NCBI RefSeq assembly: GCF_964213995.1
Contig: NC_135801.1
Span: forward strand, 92,380,001-92,444,000
Direction: 5' to 3'
Length of the DNA: 64,000 nt
From: Mustelus asterias
Lineage: Eukaryota
Shown: positions 12,416 through 24,122 of the stretch, piece by piece
Layout of the letters: every line of letters starts with the position of its first letter
Position numbering within the stretch: the stretch's first letter is position 1
Notes under the pieces: generated by a model
What the model saw: only the letters and a program-made list of their open reading frames with translations
Database searches by the model: none
What the model was told of the DNA's origin: nothing
Position numbers and translations under genes: made by a program

Positions 12416-13673
12416 ATCTTTTCTGGCGGCATATGTTTGATTCAAATTCCAGAGGTCAGCCTTAGTGAGCGCTTTCTTCCATGTTGACATTTCTAAATCT
12501 GGCTCTTTCAGTCAGGCAGCAGGATTGTAGACCAGGCTTTTTTGCCTTTAACCTGGGTTTTGCCATCAGGGTGCGAGATTGGCTCGCAAATAACAGACTT
12601 AAAAATAAACTTTGATGGAATCCTTGATTGCAATTTAACAGAGATAAGGCTAACAGCCACAAAACACAAGACAATAGTTAGAAGCATCATGAAAACGGGA
12701 GGTGGGGGTGGGGGGGTGGCGGGGGAGGGGGAGATCCAGTGGCTGTTAAAATTCCAAGGACTCGACTGAAATGTGGAAAGGTTGCTTGAAGAGGGTTTGA
12801 AAACAAAAAAATCTCAGAAGTAATCTCTTCTCCATCTCTTTGTGCTGAGATAATGCTTTAAAACCCGATAAGAAGTGAAAAGTTCCGACATTGGATCCCC
12901 TCTCTGATAATGGTGAATGATGGGCAGAATTTTAGGCAATCTCAGGTTGTCTGCCATACTCTTCAATATGGGAAGCGGAGATGAAGCTCTGGAGGGATGA
13001 AGAACAGTTTGAAGAAAAATACTACGTTCAGCACCACTTAATGAAGGACGTGAACCACCACTGTTTTAGCAGAGTGATATTTTTTAAAAAGAACAGTATT
13101 TGAATCTGTGGGGGAGGTGGGGATACATTTAATTATGACAAAGGTCACCCCCTCCGCACTTCAGAACTTTCTCTGGGTTCCTGAAATGAAGCCTTATTTT
13201 TTCCTGAAGCATTGCTGCCTGCTGCATTCAAAAAGGCGATATTGTATTCCAAAAGATTTAACCAAGAGGGAATCAACTATTTTGTGAAGCTCATTCACTA
13301 TTTGTCACTCAAACCTTGCAGTAAAAATCCTCCGAGTCTTTTTATAAAGGCAGAGTGGGTGTGTTGCTGTAGAAACTCTTCAGAGGGAAGACCCTGGTGG
13401 GAAAAGAAACATTTCCTTTTATGTATCTGAATCTATTAAACAAAGAAAGCACAATAGATGGTGATATTCTCCCAGGGAGAGTAATGTGACAGGCCATTCC
13501 CACCTGATACAAGCACAGAAACTACTTCTGAGATAGCAGTGGGACATTCCATTTCCATACAGCTACAAGGATAGGCATGAGGTTGGCAATGGGTTTTCTT
13601 GGTGATGGTTAACACTTTTCTCTTTCATTACTGGCATAAAATAAAATTTGAGCTGTGCACCCTGAGGGTATTA

Positions 13674-13952
13674 GGCGCAATGATCAGCACTGCTGCCTCA
13701 CAGCGCCAGAGACCCGGGTTCGATTCCCGGCTTGGGTCACTGTCTTGCGGAGTTTGCACATTCTCCCCGTGTCTGCATGGGTTTCTTCTGGGTGCTCCAG
13801 TTTCCTCCCACAGTCCGAAAGACGTGCTGGTTAGGTGCATTGGCCCTTGGTGTATCCGAACAGGTGCCGGAGTGTGGCCACCAGGGGATTTTCACAGTGA
13901 CTTCATTGCAGTGTTAATGTAAGCCTACTTGTGACACTAATAAATAAACTTT
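13674..13952 (+). mobile_element. V-SINE with alternative (non-CR1) 3' tail
   Basis: HE1-like head and core, then ggggattttcacagtgacttcattgcagtgttaatgtaagcctacttgtgacactaataaataaac. Confidence 0.88.
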
Positions 13953-14284
13953 TAAAAAACCTGCTTTTATTGTTGCATAAAACATGAAAGTGCAGTTTTG
14001 AAAATGGCTTTCCTTGAACTTTTAAAACCCGCTTTATGGTTCTTAACATGAATTTTCCTTTTCTACACTGACCCGGGTTGGCATACCAGTGACAGAGCAA
14101 TGAAAGTAGGGTTGATGTCCCTTCAGAACTGGATGAAGAAGAGCAGTTTGGAATGATTCATCTGTATTTGTTCCATCTGCCTTATCCAGTTTGGAGAAGA
14201 GCCTGGTCTCTTCATGTTGTTCTTGGAAGATGAATCAAATTGGCAATAGCTGTCTCTAGACTTTGACTTATTGCCACAAGATCA

Positions 14285-14462
14285 TGGGTGAAATTCTCCA
14301 ACCTCCCAGCTGCGTGTTTCCCAGGAGCGGGAGGTGGTGCATTGTTTGCTCATGGCAGGATTCCCTGGTCCTGTGGCTGTCAAAGGGAATTCCGCGGGCA
14401 GGGTTGCACTGCCAGCGGGACCGGAGAGTCCCGCTGGCATGAACAGCCAGAGATTTCCAGCC
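14285..14462. mobile_element. Harbinger-type MITE
   Basis: gggtgaaattctcc...agagatttccagcc imperfect TIRs with internal self-complementarity; related to 52086-52310. Confidence 0.65.
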
Positions 14463-14589
14463 ATGTGTTTTTAAATGTCAGCTCAATGGAACAGGGACAT
14501 TTCTCCTCAGTGTCCTGACCAATATTCACACCTTAACCAACATTAAAACAGATAGCGGACTAAATTGGATAGCTACTGAAATGGACACG

Positions 14590-15290
14590 GGGATCATTGA
14601 CTGCACTATACATTGGCTGGACACAACAGCAGGCTCCTCTAGAGTGCTACGGGCCGCAGAAGTTTTTTTTTGCATGTAAATGGTCCACTGTATCACATTT
14701 TGTGTGGCGCCATGGCTCTCATTGTATGCGCGCTGCCCATGTGTGCATGGGCCACACAGTAGATTCATGGTCGATATCTCATTGAATAGAAGCTGTCACC
14801 CAGTAGCCAGTCTCCTTTGTTCTCCTGTAGTGGCTCAAACGTTGTTGGCTCAGCACGCTGCCACAGAATGAAGGCATGAAGACTGCTGCCAGGATACCGG
14901 GCATTGACCTGCACGATGCACTGCTGTTCATCATACACCAGCTGGGTGTTGGTTCCCATATAAGACAGAGTTGATATGTGGCATCCAAAAAGCAATGTGC
15001 GAGCCGCCAGTGTCATTCTGTGCCATGGGGGAAGGCTGCAATTCTAATGAAGCCACCCACTCACACTGCCTGCTGCTGTCTGCAGACAGAATTAAACATG
15101 TTTAGCTGTCTTTGACTAGAAAGTCCCCTAGCACAACAGTAGATGGCATACTTTTGAGATGTTGCTAATACTTCTAGCTCCAGTCCAGAGGGTGTGAGAT
15201 ACATGAAAGTTGTTGCTGTTCTTGCCCTGTTCTGAGTTTGCAGTTGTGGTTGTGACAGATTTCAATGAAGGTGCCACATACATTGATCAT
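14590..15290 (-). pseudogene. Decayed PIF/Harbinger (HARBI1-like DDE) transposase
   Basis: Minus-strand frames give QPQLQTQNRARTA, GFIRIAAFPM, NTQLVYD..QCIVQVNARYPGSSLHAFIL, WLLGDSFY and AYNESHGATQNVIQWTI, collinear with Harbinger motifs (NVQLVCD, ARYPGSSHD, WLLGDKGY, YNESHAATRNIIEQTIG); several frameshifts and stops. Confidence 0.85.
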
Positions 15291-15779
15291 CAGGCTGGAG
15301 AATTTCTCCGTAAACATCCTGGGCAGATATGCTCTCCTATTAAGAGCCTTTCACCTGCTTCTTCTTCTCCCTCTTCCAGTAACTTGTCCTACTCTGAATT
15401 GCCTCTGCTTATTGCCTAAGTAATGCTGTATTCCAAGGGAAATCCCTACTTAAGCACCTCTGCCTAATGGCAACTGCTTTTGCTTAAGGATTGAGTACAC
15501 CCTGTAGTCTTTTGCAACTTGTAACAATTATAGAAAATACCAAAATGTATGGTATCAAAGCAATACCAGAAGAAATCAAGAAATTAACCTTTAAGTAGTT
15601 AATAATCACTTGAAATAGTGCTGGTCCTTTATGCTGTTAAACATGAGTTCCGTTATGTGAGGTTAAGACATGGTGTTGAGCTCCAAAATGGCACTGCTGA
15701 ATTTAACGCAGCAGTACATCAACAGAACTTCTAATTTTGCCTTCTTCCAATGGACAATCATTGCACACGCCGAAGGCCG

Positions 15780-16215
15780 CACCAACATCCAGGGCAAAGC
15801 AGCCCACTTGATTGGCACCTCATCCACAAACATTCCTTCCTTCTACCATCAATGCACAGTGGCAGCCGTGTATATCGTCTACAAGATGCACTGCAGGAAC
15901 TCACCAGCGCTCCTTAGACTGCACATTCCAACCTCTCTACCATCTAGAAGGACAATGGCAGCAGATACATGCGAACACCATCACCTGCAAGTTCCCCTCC
16001 AAGTCACTCACCATCCTGACTTGGAACAATATTGCCATTTCTTCACTGTCGCTGGGTCAAAATCCTGGAACTCCTTTCGTAACAGCACATTGGGTGTACC
16101 TACATCTCCAGGACTGTAGCAGTTCAAGAAGGCAGCTCACTAGCACCTTCTCAAGGGCAATTAGGAATCGACAATAAATGCTGTTCGAGCCACATCCCTT
16201 GAAAGAATAAAAAGA
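15780..16215 (+). mobile_element. 3' end of a CR1/L2-group LINE common in sharks
   Basis: catccagggcaaagcagcccacttgattgg...aaatcctggaactcc...gttcaagaaggcagctcac...agggcaattaggaatcgacaataaatgctg...gaaagaataaaaag. Confidence 0.8.
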
Positions 16216-16326
16216 AAACATGGTGCCCCATAGGTGTGTGCTTGCACCATGGGTATAGTTCTGGAGTTCGAAGGACACTCCTAGTACCCAGAAGTGGCTG
16301 CTAAAGAGCCCAATTTCTCATCATGA

Positions 16327-16490
16327 CCTAGTCATTATCACATTGCAGTTTGTGGGACCTTGCTCTGCACAAAATGGCTGCCACATTTTGTATGTTACAA
16401 TAGTGCCTACACTTCAAAAGAAGTGCCGTAAAGCACTTTTGAGCATTTTGAGATCCTGAGAGGTGCTATATAAATGCAAACCTTTTTTCT
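16327..16490 (+). mobile_element. DeuSINE/SacSINE1-like 3' part
   Basis: cattgcagtttgtgggaccttgctctgcacaaaatggctgcc...tacacttcaaaag...gtaaagcactttt...ggtgctatataaatgcaa. Confidence 0.8.
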
Positions 16491-17799
16491 TTAATATTCT
16501 ATCATTGGTGGTACATGGCTGGCTTAAAATGTGAAGGTATGTTCTTCATCAAGACAGTGTGGAAGTAGTCAGCTTTGTGAATTATTTCGGGGAAAGAAAA
16601 GAAACAAAAAGAATGTTGTTAACGTTATGAGTGCCTTACACTTTATTCTCTTTGGACCCAGTTTCCTACTTACTGAGCACATCGGCATACTCAGGAACAC
16701 CTGGCTTTAAGTACAATTATCTGATGACAAGGCAAGATTGACCTTCGGTGATACCCAAGTTATTTGGCGTGCTGTAGCACTGTCTGTACAAACCTGTATG
16801 GCACACAAGATTGTTTTCTCTTAATATTTGTCAGATTTAGCATGTTCTCCATTGGGACAGAATCATGTACGCAACCACTAACACTGAGTAAGTATGCTCA
16901 TACAGTCCAAGTCCCTCTGCGCTGAGTACAACATATTTCCTATCACCACATGTTTTGTTGCAGCAACTAAAGACAGTGTAACAGAGAGGACTGACTGCAT
17001 CTTAAATAATTGCAACATTAACAAGATCTAAGGCAAGTTGTTGGAACCATGCTCCACATTTGGAACAAGTGTTTCAGTGTGAAATGTATGAGTTCTAGCT
17101 TCTTGACTCATTTTGTTCTTAATGCTTAAATGTCAGAGTGAAAAGGCTTTTTTTCCCCGTTGCTACCACAGTTTCTTCCTGCCCGTGCAGAAACCACTAC
17201 TATTGCGGAGTTCTCAGTGTCGCTCCTTTGCTCTGGGTTGGGTTTTGCCTGACCTTTTTATGGCTATTGATGTTGAAGTGAGGAATGGGGTTTGTTTGCA
17301 TTGAGCAGGACCTTTTTACTAATTCACATGGCAAGCTGCTGTTTGTTTTTCCCACATCTGTTTTGCGCTGCTTCTTTGTGACAATGTTTGCTGGATGCTC
17401 GCCCTTCTACTTTCTCCTGAAATGAGAAGCCAGTTTGAACGGATGTTTCGAAATGTTAAAGACACACTCTGTTGCTTGCTTCCCCCCAACCCCCCCTGCC
17501 CCAAACTCCTCTGGCGCCACTTTTATTATTATCAGCCCACAATGCTTGGACTGTATTTCACAAAAACAGTAGCTGTCATCTGTCTGTAGTAGAAGACTGA
17601 AAGGCTCCACCGCTTTCAAACTGTGGCTTGAATGGATGCGCTTTGTTTAAAAAAAAAATCACAACATTGATTTAGTTTTCATATTCTAATTCCAGATATT
17701 ACCCCCCACCACTGCCCCAAGTAATTTTCCCTTCATCTTTCATAAAAATAGTGACACTAGCTCAGATACACTTCACCATCGCTAAGAGTTCACAAGAAT

Positions 17800-18075
17800 A
17801 TTGCGTAACTGATTATCTAGGCTTGAACATGAAGGACAGTGAGTTTTGTCAAGCTGTTTGACTGAGGGAGGCATCATAACCAGGCCTGGTCCTAACCTCA
17901 ACTGGATGCACGCAATCACACTTTTTCAATAGGGCTTATTGGATAGACACCCTCAGAGGCACTGTAGCTGATTCTTTCCCACTGTAGTCCAGGGAGGTTC
18001 GGACCAATTGAAAGTATTTTAAAACTTATTTGATGCACATCGTGGAGCATATGTAGACATTGAGCTGCGATCAAT
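17800..18075 (-). mobile_element. Old SINE-like repeat (family X), degraded
   Basis: By-eye reverse-complement similarity to 34570-34910 (gacagtgagttttgtcaagctgtttgactgagggaggcatcataaccag). Confidence 0.5.
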
Positions 18076-18215
18076 CACTGTGATTCAGTAAAAATATGAC
18101 TGTAAGTTCCCACCTGAATTAATGGGTCAGTCACATGCTGTGGGGTCTTATCATGATTGGAGAGGATCAAGAATAACTTGACCATCCTGAAAGTGAGGTT
18201 TATTTAACTTAATGA

Positions 18216-18580
18216 GGGGAGGCGATGGCCTAGCGGTATTATCGTTAGACTATTAATTCAAAACCCCAGCTAATGTTCTGGGGACACTGTTTCGAATCCC
18301 ACCACGACAGACGGGGGAATTTGAATTCAATTAAAAATATCTGGAATTAAGAATCAACTGATGGCCATGAAACCATTGTCGATTGTTGGATAAACCTATC
18401 TGGTTCACTTATGTCCTTTAGGGAAGGAAATCTGCTGTCCTTATCTGTCTGGCCTATATGTGACTCCAGAGCCATAGTGGTTGACTCTCAACCACCTTCT
18501 GAATAAGGGCAACTAGGGATGGGCAATAAATGCTGGCCAGCCAGCGACACCCATGTCCCATGAATGAATATTTTTTAAAA
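18216..18580 (+). mobile_element. tRNA-derived SINE sharing its tail with the LINE at 15780
   Basis: Head ggggaggcgatggcctagcggtatt...ttcgaatccc (A/B boxes); tail agggcaactagggatgggcaataaatgctggcc...catgaatgaat; second copy at 33597. Confidence 0.88.
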
Positions 18581-19525
18581 AGTTAAGGTGTCTTGAAACC
18601 ACATGCGTGGAAAATCATGTTTGTTCGTTTTTGAAATTTTGGCATATTTTCTATTCGCTAAGAACAAACAACAGGACAGCATTAAACCTATAGATTCTTC
18701 TAACACAATGATTTGAAAGTTAGCAATAACTGAAAGGTTGATGAAATTACTGGGCTTTCAATAAATATGTGAGAGTTATTGAGTAGGTTAAAAACAATAA
18801 AGTTCAATTCACCAGGGGACATAAGGAAAGAATTGTTCAGGTTTCACTTTCTCATTAGCTCCGCTTCTCATCGCCTCTCGCTAGGCTTTGCAGATTCCTG
18901 ACTCACTCACATGCCTACAGGGAACGTTTTAACATTCTGTAATGCCTTGGGTAAACGCTGCAGGACCACCTTGTGGAATTGACAAGCTGTTATCATATCC
19001 TGACCAAATATATAACACATTTTTCATTTGATGCATATGTAGCACCTGTGTCCATCAGAGTTTGGGCCTTTAATAAACACACAGCCAGCCTTTGACAGGC
19101 ACCATATGAAGACGATTAAGAATAGACACAATGTTCTTATTATATGAAAATGAGACAGTGGAACTCGTGGCGTGCCTCTGAGTATTCAACAAGAATGTTT
19201 AAAATGCAGTATCTTGCTCTTCAATTTGCTTGCAGTCCAGTTTGTGTGGAGCTCATTGATCTCAATGGAGCAGCAGTTAAGGTTCTATATCTGGCCTCAG
19301 CAAAGGAAATGCCAGTCAGGGACTTCATTCCTGTTTATTGTCCTTTTATGTCCTGCTTTGATGAGCACATGATGATTCAAGCAGTGACCTTTCCATGGTC
19401 CAATAGCCTGCTGACAACTCAGGTAAATCAACTTGCTCTTCATTCCTAGCAGTGAGCAACACTGGAAGGGAGCTGCGATGGTGATGCCCTATTTTCGATT
19501 TGGTGTCCATTCCAACATTACTAAT

Positions 19526-19847
19526 TCATAGAATCATTGAATCCCTACAGTGCAGAAGGAAGCCATCCAGCCCATCAAGCCTGCACCAACAACAATCCCA
19601 CCCAGGCCCTATCCCTGTAACCCACTCATTTGCCCTGCTAGTCCCCCTGACACTCAGGGGCAATTAAGTATGGCTGATCAACCTAACCCGCACATCTTTG
19701 GACTGTGGGAGGAAACCACAGCACCCAGAGGAAACCCACTCAGATACAAGGAGGATGTGCAAACTCCACACAGACAGTGACCCGAGGCTGGAATTGAACG
19801 TGGCGCTGTGAGGCAGCAGTGCTAACCACTGTGGCACCGCGGCACCC
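19526..19847 (-). mobile_element. HE1/V-SINE
   Basis: Full reverse complement: catagaatcattgaatccctacagtgcagaagga...gcagcagtgctaaccactgtggcacc. Confidence 0.9.
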
Positions 19848-20054
19848 TTTGCTGAGAGTGTGGGATTGGTAAGCTTAGCCATTATGCTCCAGGTTCAGGA
19901 ATGAAGGATAACAATTAGCTGAGATAGTGGAGATTACACAGCATTTATTGAATGAACACAGTGAGAGGAGAAATTTGAGTGTTTGAAGGGTGATTTTTTT
20001 GCGGAAACAGATTTCTCACAACTATTTCTCGTTCCACTTTCTGCTTCTCTCCAG

Positions 20055-20126
20055 CCGCCTGAATAGAAACAATCTACAGGTCTTGCCAGAGTTGCTTTTC
20101 CTGGGAACGCCGAAGCTCTACAGACT
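20055..20126 (+). CDS. slit2: Slit2 coding exon (exon 4 equivalent), 72-nt LRR exon
   Basis: ctgcttctctccag|C CGC CTG AAT AGA...TAC AGA CT|gtgagt; encodes RLNRNNLQVLPELLFLGTPKLYRL. The LFLGT.KLYRL motif is SLIT2-type, not SLIT1- or SLIT3-type. Confidence 0.96.
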
Positions 20127-21379
20127 GTGAGTAATCCTTAAACCTGTCAAATTTGACAATGAGAAAGACACCTGGATGATTTCAGAGCCATGTGGCTACT
20201 CCTGAACCAATTGCACCACATCAGCACAGCTTGACTCTTGGTAACCTGCTCTTCAATCTAACCTAACATTGCAAATGGCTATATAATTATAGATATTTTG
20301 TTATATGGTTGTCTGGAGAGGGAATTTATTTTTGACTAATTGTCACAATTTTTCTGAATCCCTTACAGCTATTTTTTTTAAGAGAACCAGTAGGATGGAG
20401 TTGTAATTTGCTTTGTGCTTTCTTACAAATCATAAATCAAAGTTAGAGCTTAAACTCCGAGTTATCCTCAGGCACTTTGAAGCAGACAGATGCAGTTCTG
20501 GTGGTAATTTAGAAGGAAAACAGTTAATTCTAAAGCCATTGAGAAGTGAGCCGTTTCAGAAAGGTACAGGATGAAGGTCATGTCTGGTATGGTTTCACAT
20601 AGTTATGGTTAACTTGGAATTCTCTATGCCTAATGGAACAAATGTTCCGAAACTGCGATTTGATTCAGAACTAATCTGTGGTTCGTTTTACTTTCATTTT
20701 CTTGGCAGAAATCCTGATGTATTCAGTTTTTAGAGCTTTATCATTTGCTTAATGGGTGGATATTAGCAGAAAGTGTGAATTACGGCTGGATTGGTCTAGT
20801 TGTCGTTGCGAGCTGTGGCAAAATGACAGTGGTTTATGTCTGAGGGCCTCCTTTTAATTTTAACTTGAGTAATTGCACTGAAAGTAACTGGAGTCCTCTG
20901 ACGAAGAGGGACTGTGGGTGCAGAGTTTCACTTTATCAGGTGCTGCCACTCAAAAGTGAAACTCAAAGAACTGATCACCTTAGTTCCTATTTCTTTTTTT
21001 CTGTGGGGAGGAGCCGTCATGGTTCTTAGTATTTCTTGTAGGGAATATCCCTGGTACCTATAATAACATGCGCATTTTTTTGAAAGACTGTCATCCATCC
21101 CCTATTCTTATGAAAAATTTCAGCGATCTTGATGTAGATTGTGATTCCTTCAAATATTTATAAAATAATATAGATCAGTGTAACTATTAGATCAACACCA
21201 ATTTCGCCAAAGCAGCTTTTAACAGTTCGTCAATGTACTGAAAAGTCATTTGGAATGATGTTAAAGAGATTTTGTTGTGGCATAAATAATTTGATTCTAA
21301 TTGTAAACAATACGGAGACTGAGTGTAAATAATGCTTTTCACTTCACTTTTTCTCCTGTTTTCTTCCCATTTTGACCCC

Positions 21380-21595
21380 ATTTCTCTCCTAAGGGCGTTG
21401 TCCCCTTGCCACTGGTGCTTGCCACTCTGAAACTCCTCACCTCATTCACCATGTGTGTCAGCCTGGACAGTCAAAATTGGCAGGCAGCTTAGTTGCAAGG
21501 TTGTCATTTGAGCTTGAACGTGTGCTCACCTGACCAAATGCTACTGTGGGTCGTAGTGGATGGATAGTTTCTGGATAGGAATTGGGAGTGCAAAC
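21380..21595 (-). mobile_element. Old SINE-like repeat (family X) fragment
   Basis: cattcaccatgtgtgtcagcctggacagtcaaaattggcaggc resembles 17810-17870 and the reverse of 34790-34850. Confidence 0.4.
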
Positions 21596-21599
21596 CTTG

Positions 21600-22250
21600 T
21601 CTAGATTTGTGAGAAAATTCATAGCTCAAGGAATAAAAGGGACAGTCTCAAAGTAGATACAAAATTGGTTGAGTAACAGGAAACGGTGAATAATGGATAC
21701 TTTTCGGGCTGAAGGAGGGTTTGTAGGGGACTTCCCCAGTAATCAGTACGGGACCCTTGCTTTTCCTGATATATCTTAATGATCTCAATCTTGGTGTGCA
21801 GAGGGCAATTACAAAGTTTGCGAATGATACAAACCTTGTAGTATTGCAAACTGAGGAAGACAGTGTCCTTCAGAAGTACATAGACAAAATGGTGGAGTGG
21901 AGAAGTGTGAGGTGATGGATTTTGGTAGGAAGAACATGGAAAGACCTAAGCAAATAAGGGTTACAACTCTAAAGGGTGTACAGGAGCAGAGATACCTGGG
22001 AATATAAGTCATTAAAGGTTGCAGGACAAATGGAGAGCAGTTAATAAAGTATACAGTATCCTCGACTTTATTAATAGGGGCATAAAGTACAAGAGCAAGG
22101 AGGTTATGCTGAACTTGTATAAGACTCTAGTTAGGCCTCAGCTAGAGTATTGTGCCCAGCTCTGGGCATCACACTTTAGCAAAGATATGAACACATTGGA
22201 GAGAATACAGGAGAGGTTTACAAAAATGATTCCAGGGATGAGAAACTACT
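21600..22250 (+). mobile_element. CR1 LINE RT/C-terminal fragment
   Basis: Degraded G.PQ.SV.GP.LF.IY.NDL and ITKFA.DT motifs; ORF segment INRGIKYKSKEVMLNLYKTLVRPQLEYCAQLW...LERIQERFTKMIPG. Confidence 0.9.
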
Positions 22251-23299
22251 GAAAATTGTGCAGGCCCATCTCTGATGTGTTAGCATCATTGCTTGAAACT
22301 CTTTGTCTGAACAAGATTTAATAAAACCATTTTGATTACAACTCCCAATTGCTCTTCAAATGTGACCACTGTAAATGGCAGTCCTAAAATAGTGCACCGC
22401 TTGGCTGAGTGAAATAATTATACATTTTCAATTGATATTTTAAACTTTGAACTACTGAGTTCTGCAGCTGTATGTTTTATTCAGGCCTGCAACCCACTGC
22501 AAAAAAAATATCATTCTATCTACTTAAGCTATGGCTGTCTCTGAGGGAATTTCCATTAAGACAGCCTGCTGCATAGTATGTTATATTTCAGTAAATGCTT
22601 GTATGAATCATTTTATCCCCAGTAGATAACAGTGTTTAGTGTAGAGTTTTTTATTCTGACTGTGTTTAATTTTCAAAGATATTGACAGTCTTAACTCAGA
22701 AAGAAAGAGGTCCATTCGCAACCTTAGATCCTGCAAAAGATGCAGCTATTTTGTGCCAAAATGGCTATTGCCGAATTATTCAATGCATCTTGTATATTTG
22801 TGCAGCATTGTAATGTACTGCTGGCGACAGTGATTCTGTTAACAAGTAAGCATCTTGGATCCTGCTGTTCCTTTTTCAGTGCTGTGCTTAGAGCTTAATT
22901 ATATTGCAGCTGAATTAGCAATGAGCCTGAACACCGGGTAACCTGTAGGATTATTTGGATTCTGTGAAAGTAAAAATGATTTTTAAAAAGCTGCTTGTAG
23001 TTTGTATTTGTCCAGAGCTCAATTTTCATCTTTGGCTCAGCTGATGTCAAAGGGCGATCTTCACACGGGGTCAGTTAAATTTCCACATGTCGGCGTGTAG
23101 TCAATTCTATGGCTAGTCAATACAATGTGAACTTCTAGCTTATCAGCAGGTGGGGCCAGTAAGAAATCCACATGATTCAGATTGACAGAAACTGACTTGA
23201 CCGTGGTTTCCTGCAACACCCCACGCCCCCACCTTTGAGAACTCACTGCACAACATTCACTTCCCGATCTGCAGGTGCTGGTTGACGTTGGTGAACAGT

Positions 23300-23640
23300 T
23301 TTACGGATGCCAGTCTGTGTTTGTTACCTTGCCAAAGTAGCAACTTTTCAGGCAAAAGTCTAGGTACTGAGCATTGATGAGTTATTTGACTGTGGGAGAC
23401 ACCATTGCCAATATTCTGTTCTGAATCAAAAGCCACGCATGCACATTCTAGCTGCTGGATGACGATCAGGATCAAAAGCCATTGCCAGTTCTGTCTGTCT
23501 TAACAAAGAGACTTAAAGGGCTCCAGCAGCACTATTACTGCAGGCTCAACACAGATCAAGGATTGAGGTTAGGGTCTTAACTCTTTGCGCAACCTGACCA
23601 TCCACTGATATAGCTGGCTGAGCCATCGGAGGAGACTTCC
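23300..23640 (-). mobile_element. Old SINE-like repeat (family X) including putative head
   Basis: ttatttgactgtgggagacaccatt ... gctcaacacagatcaaggattga ... gctggctgagccatcggaggagac, the reverse of a tRNA-like head; similar to 47900-48310. Confidence 0.45.
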
Positions 23641-24076
23641 CCTCTAGATTTGAACAAAAGAGAAAATATGCATAAAAGGGGATATTCGGTAAGGCTGCGC
23701 TCCAGAGCAAAGCCCCTATTGATGGGATTGCAGGCTAGAGAAGTGTGGTTGCAATTGTTATTATCCTAGCATTTGTCCAGTAAGGCTGCAATCCATTCTA
23801 TAGCACTTTGCTGGGCCTGAGCAGATGGAGATTTGCTCACAGCTCATTATACACCCAACCCATCATACACCCTGCCCAATTATCAATGGAAAGTACCAAT
23901 CAGGAATGTGTATAGCGGGGAACCAATCTGTTAACATTAGCCCATGTGAACTTATGATATCAGAGACTTTGCTGCTGTGAGGGAAATGGAAGATTTCAAT
24001 GTGAGGAAGAGAAGGAAACTGAAATATTAGATTTCTGTTGCCCTGGGGTTATTGCTGAACAGACCGTGAAATCGAG

Positions 24077-24122
24077 CGTGTGTGTGTATGTGTGTGTCTG
24101 TGTGTGTGTGTGCGTGTGTGTG
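24077..24122. repeat. (GT)n microsatellite, imperfect
   Basis: cgtgtgtgtgtatgtgtgtgtctgtgtgtgtgtgtgcgtgtgtgtg. Confidence 0.95.

Noticed and set aside
11984-12487. 167-aa ORF
   Set aside because: Lies in a GC-rich repeat, has no recognisable domain or splice context, and overlapping antisense ORFs are equally open.
18216-18302. tRNA gene candidates (A/B boxes) at SINE heads
   Set aside because: They continue into SINE bodies and LINE-type tails; no complete cloverleaf.
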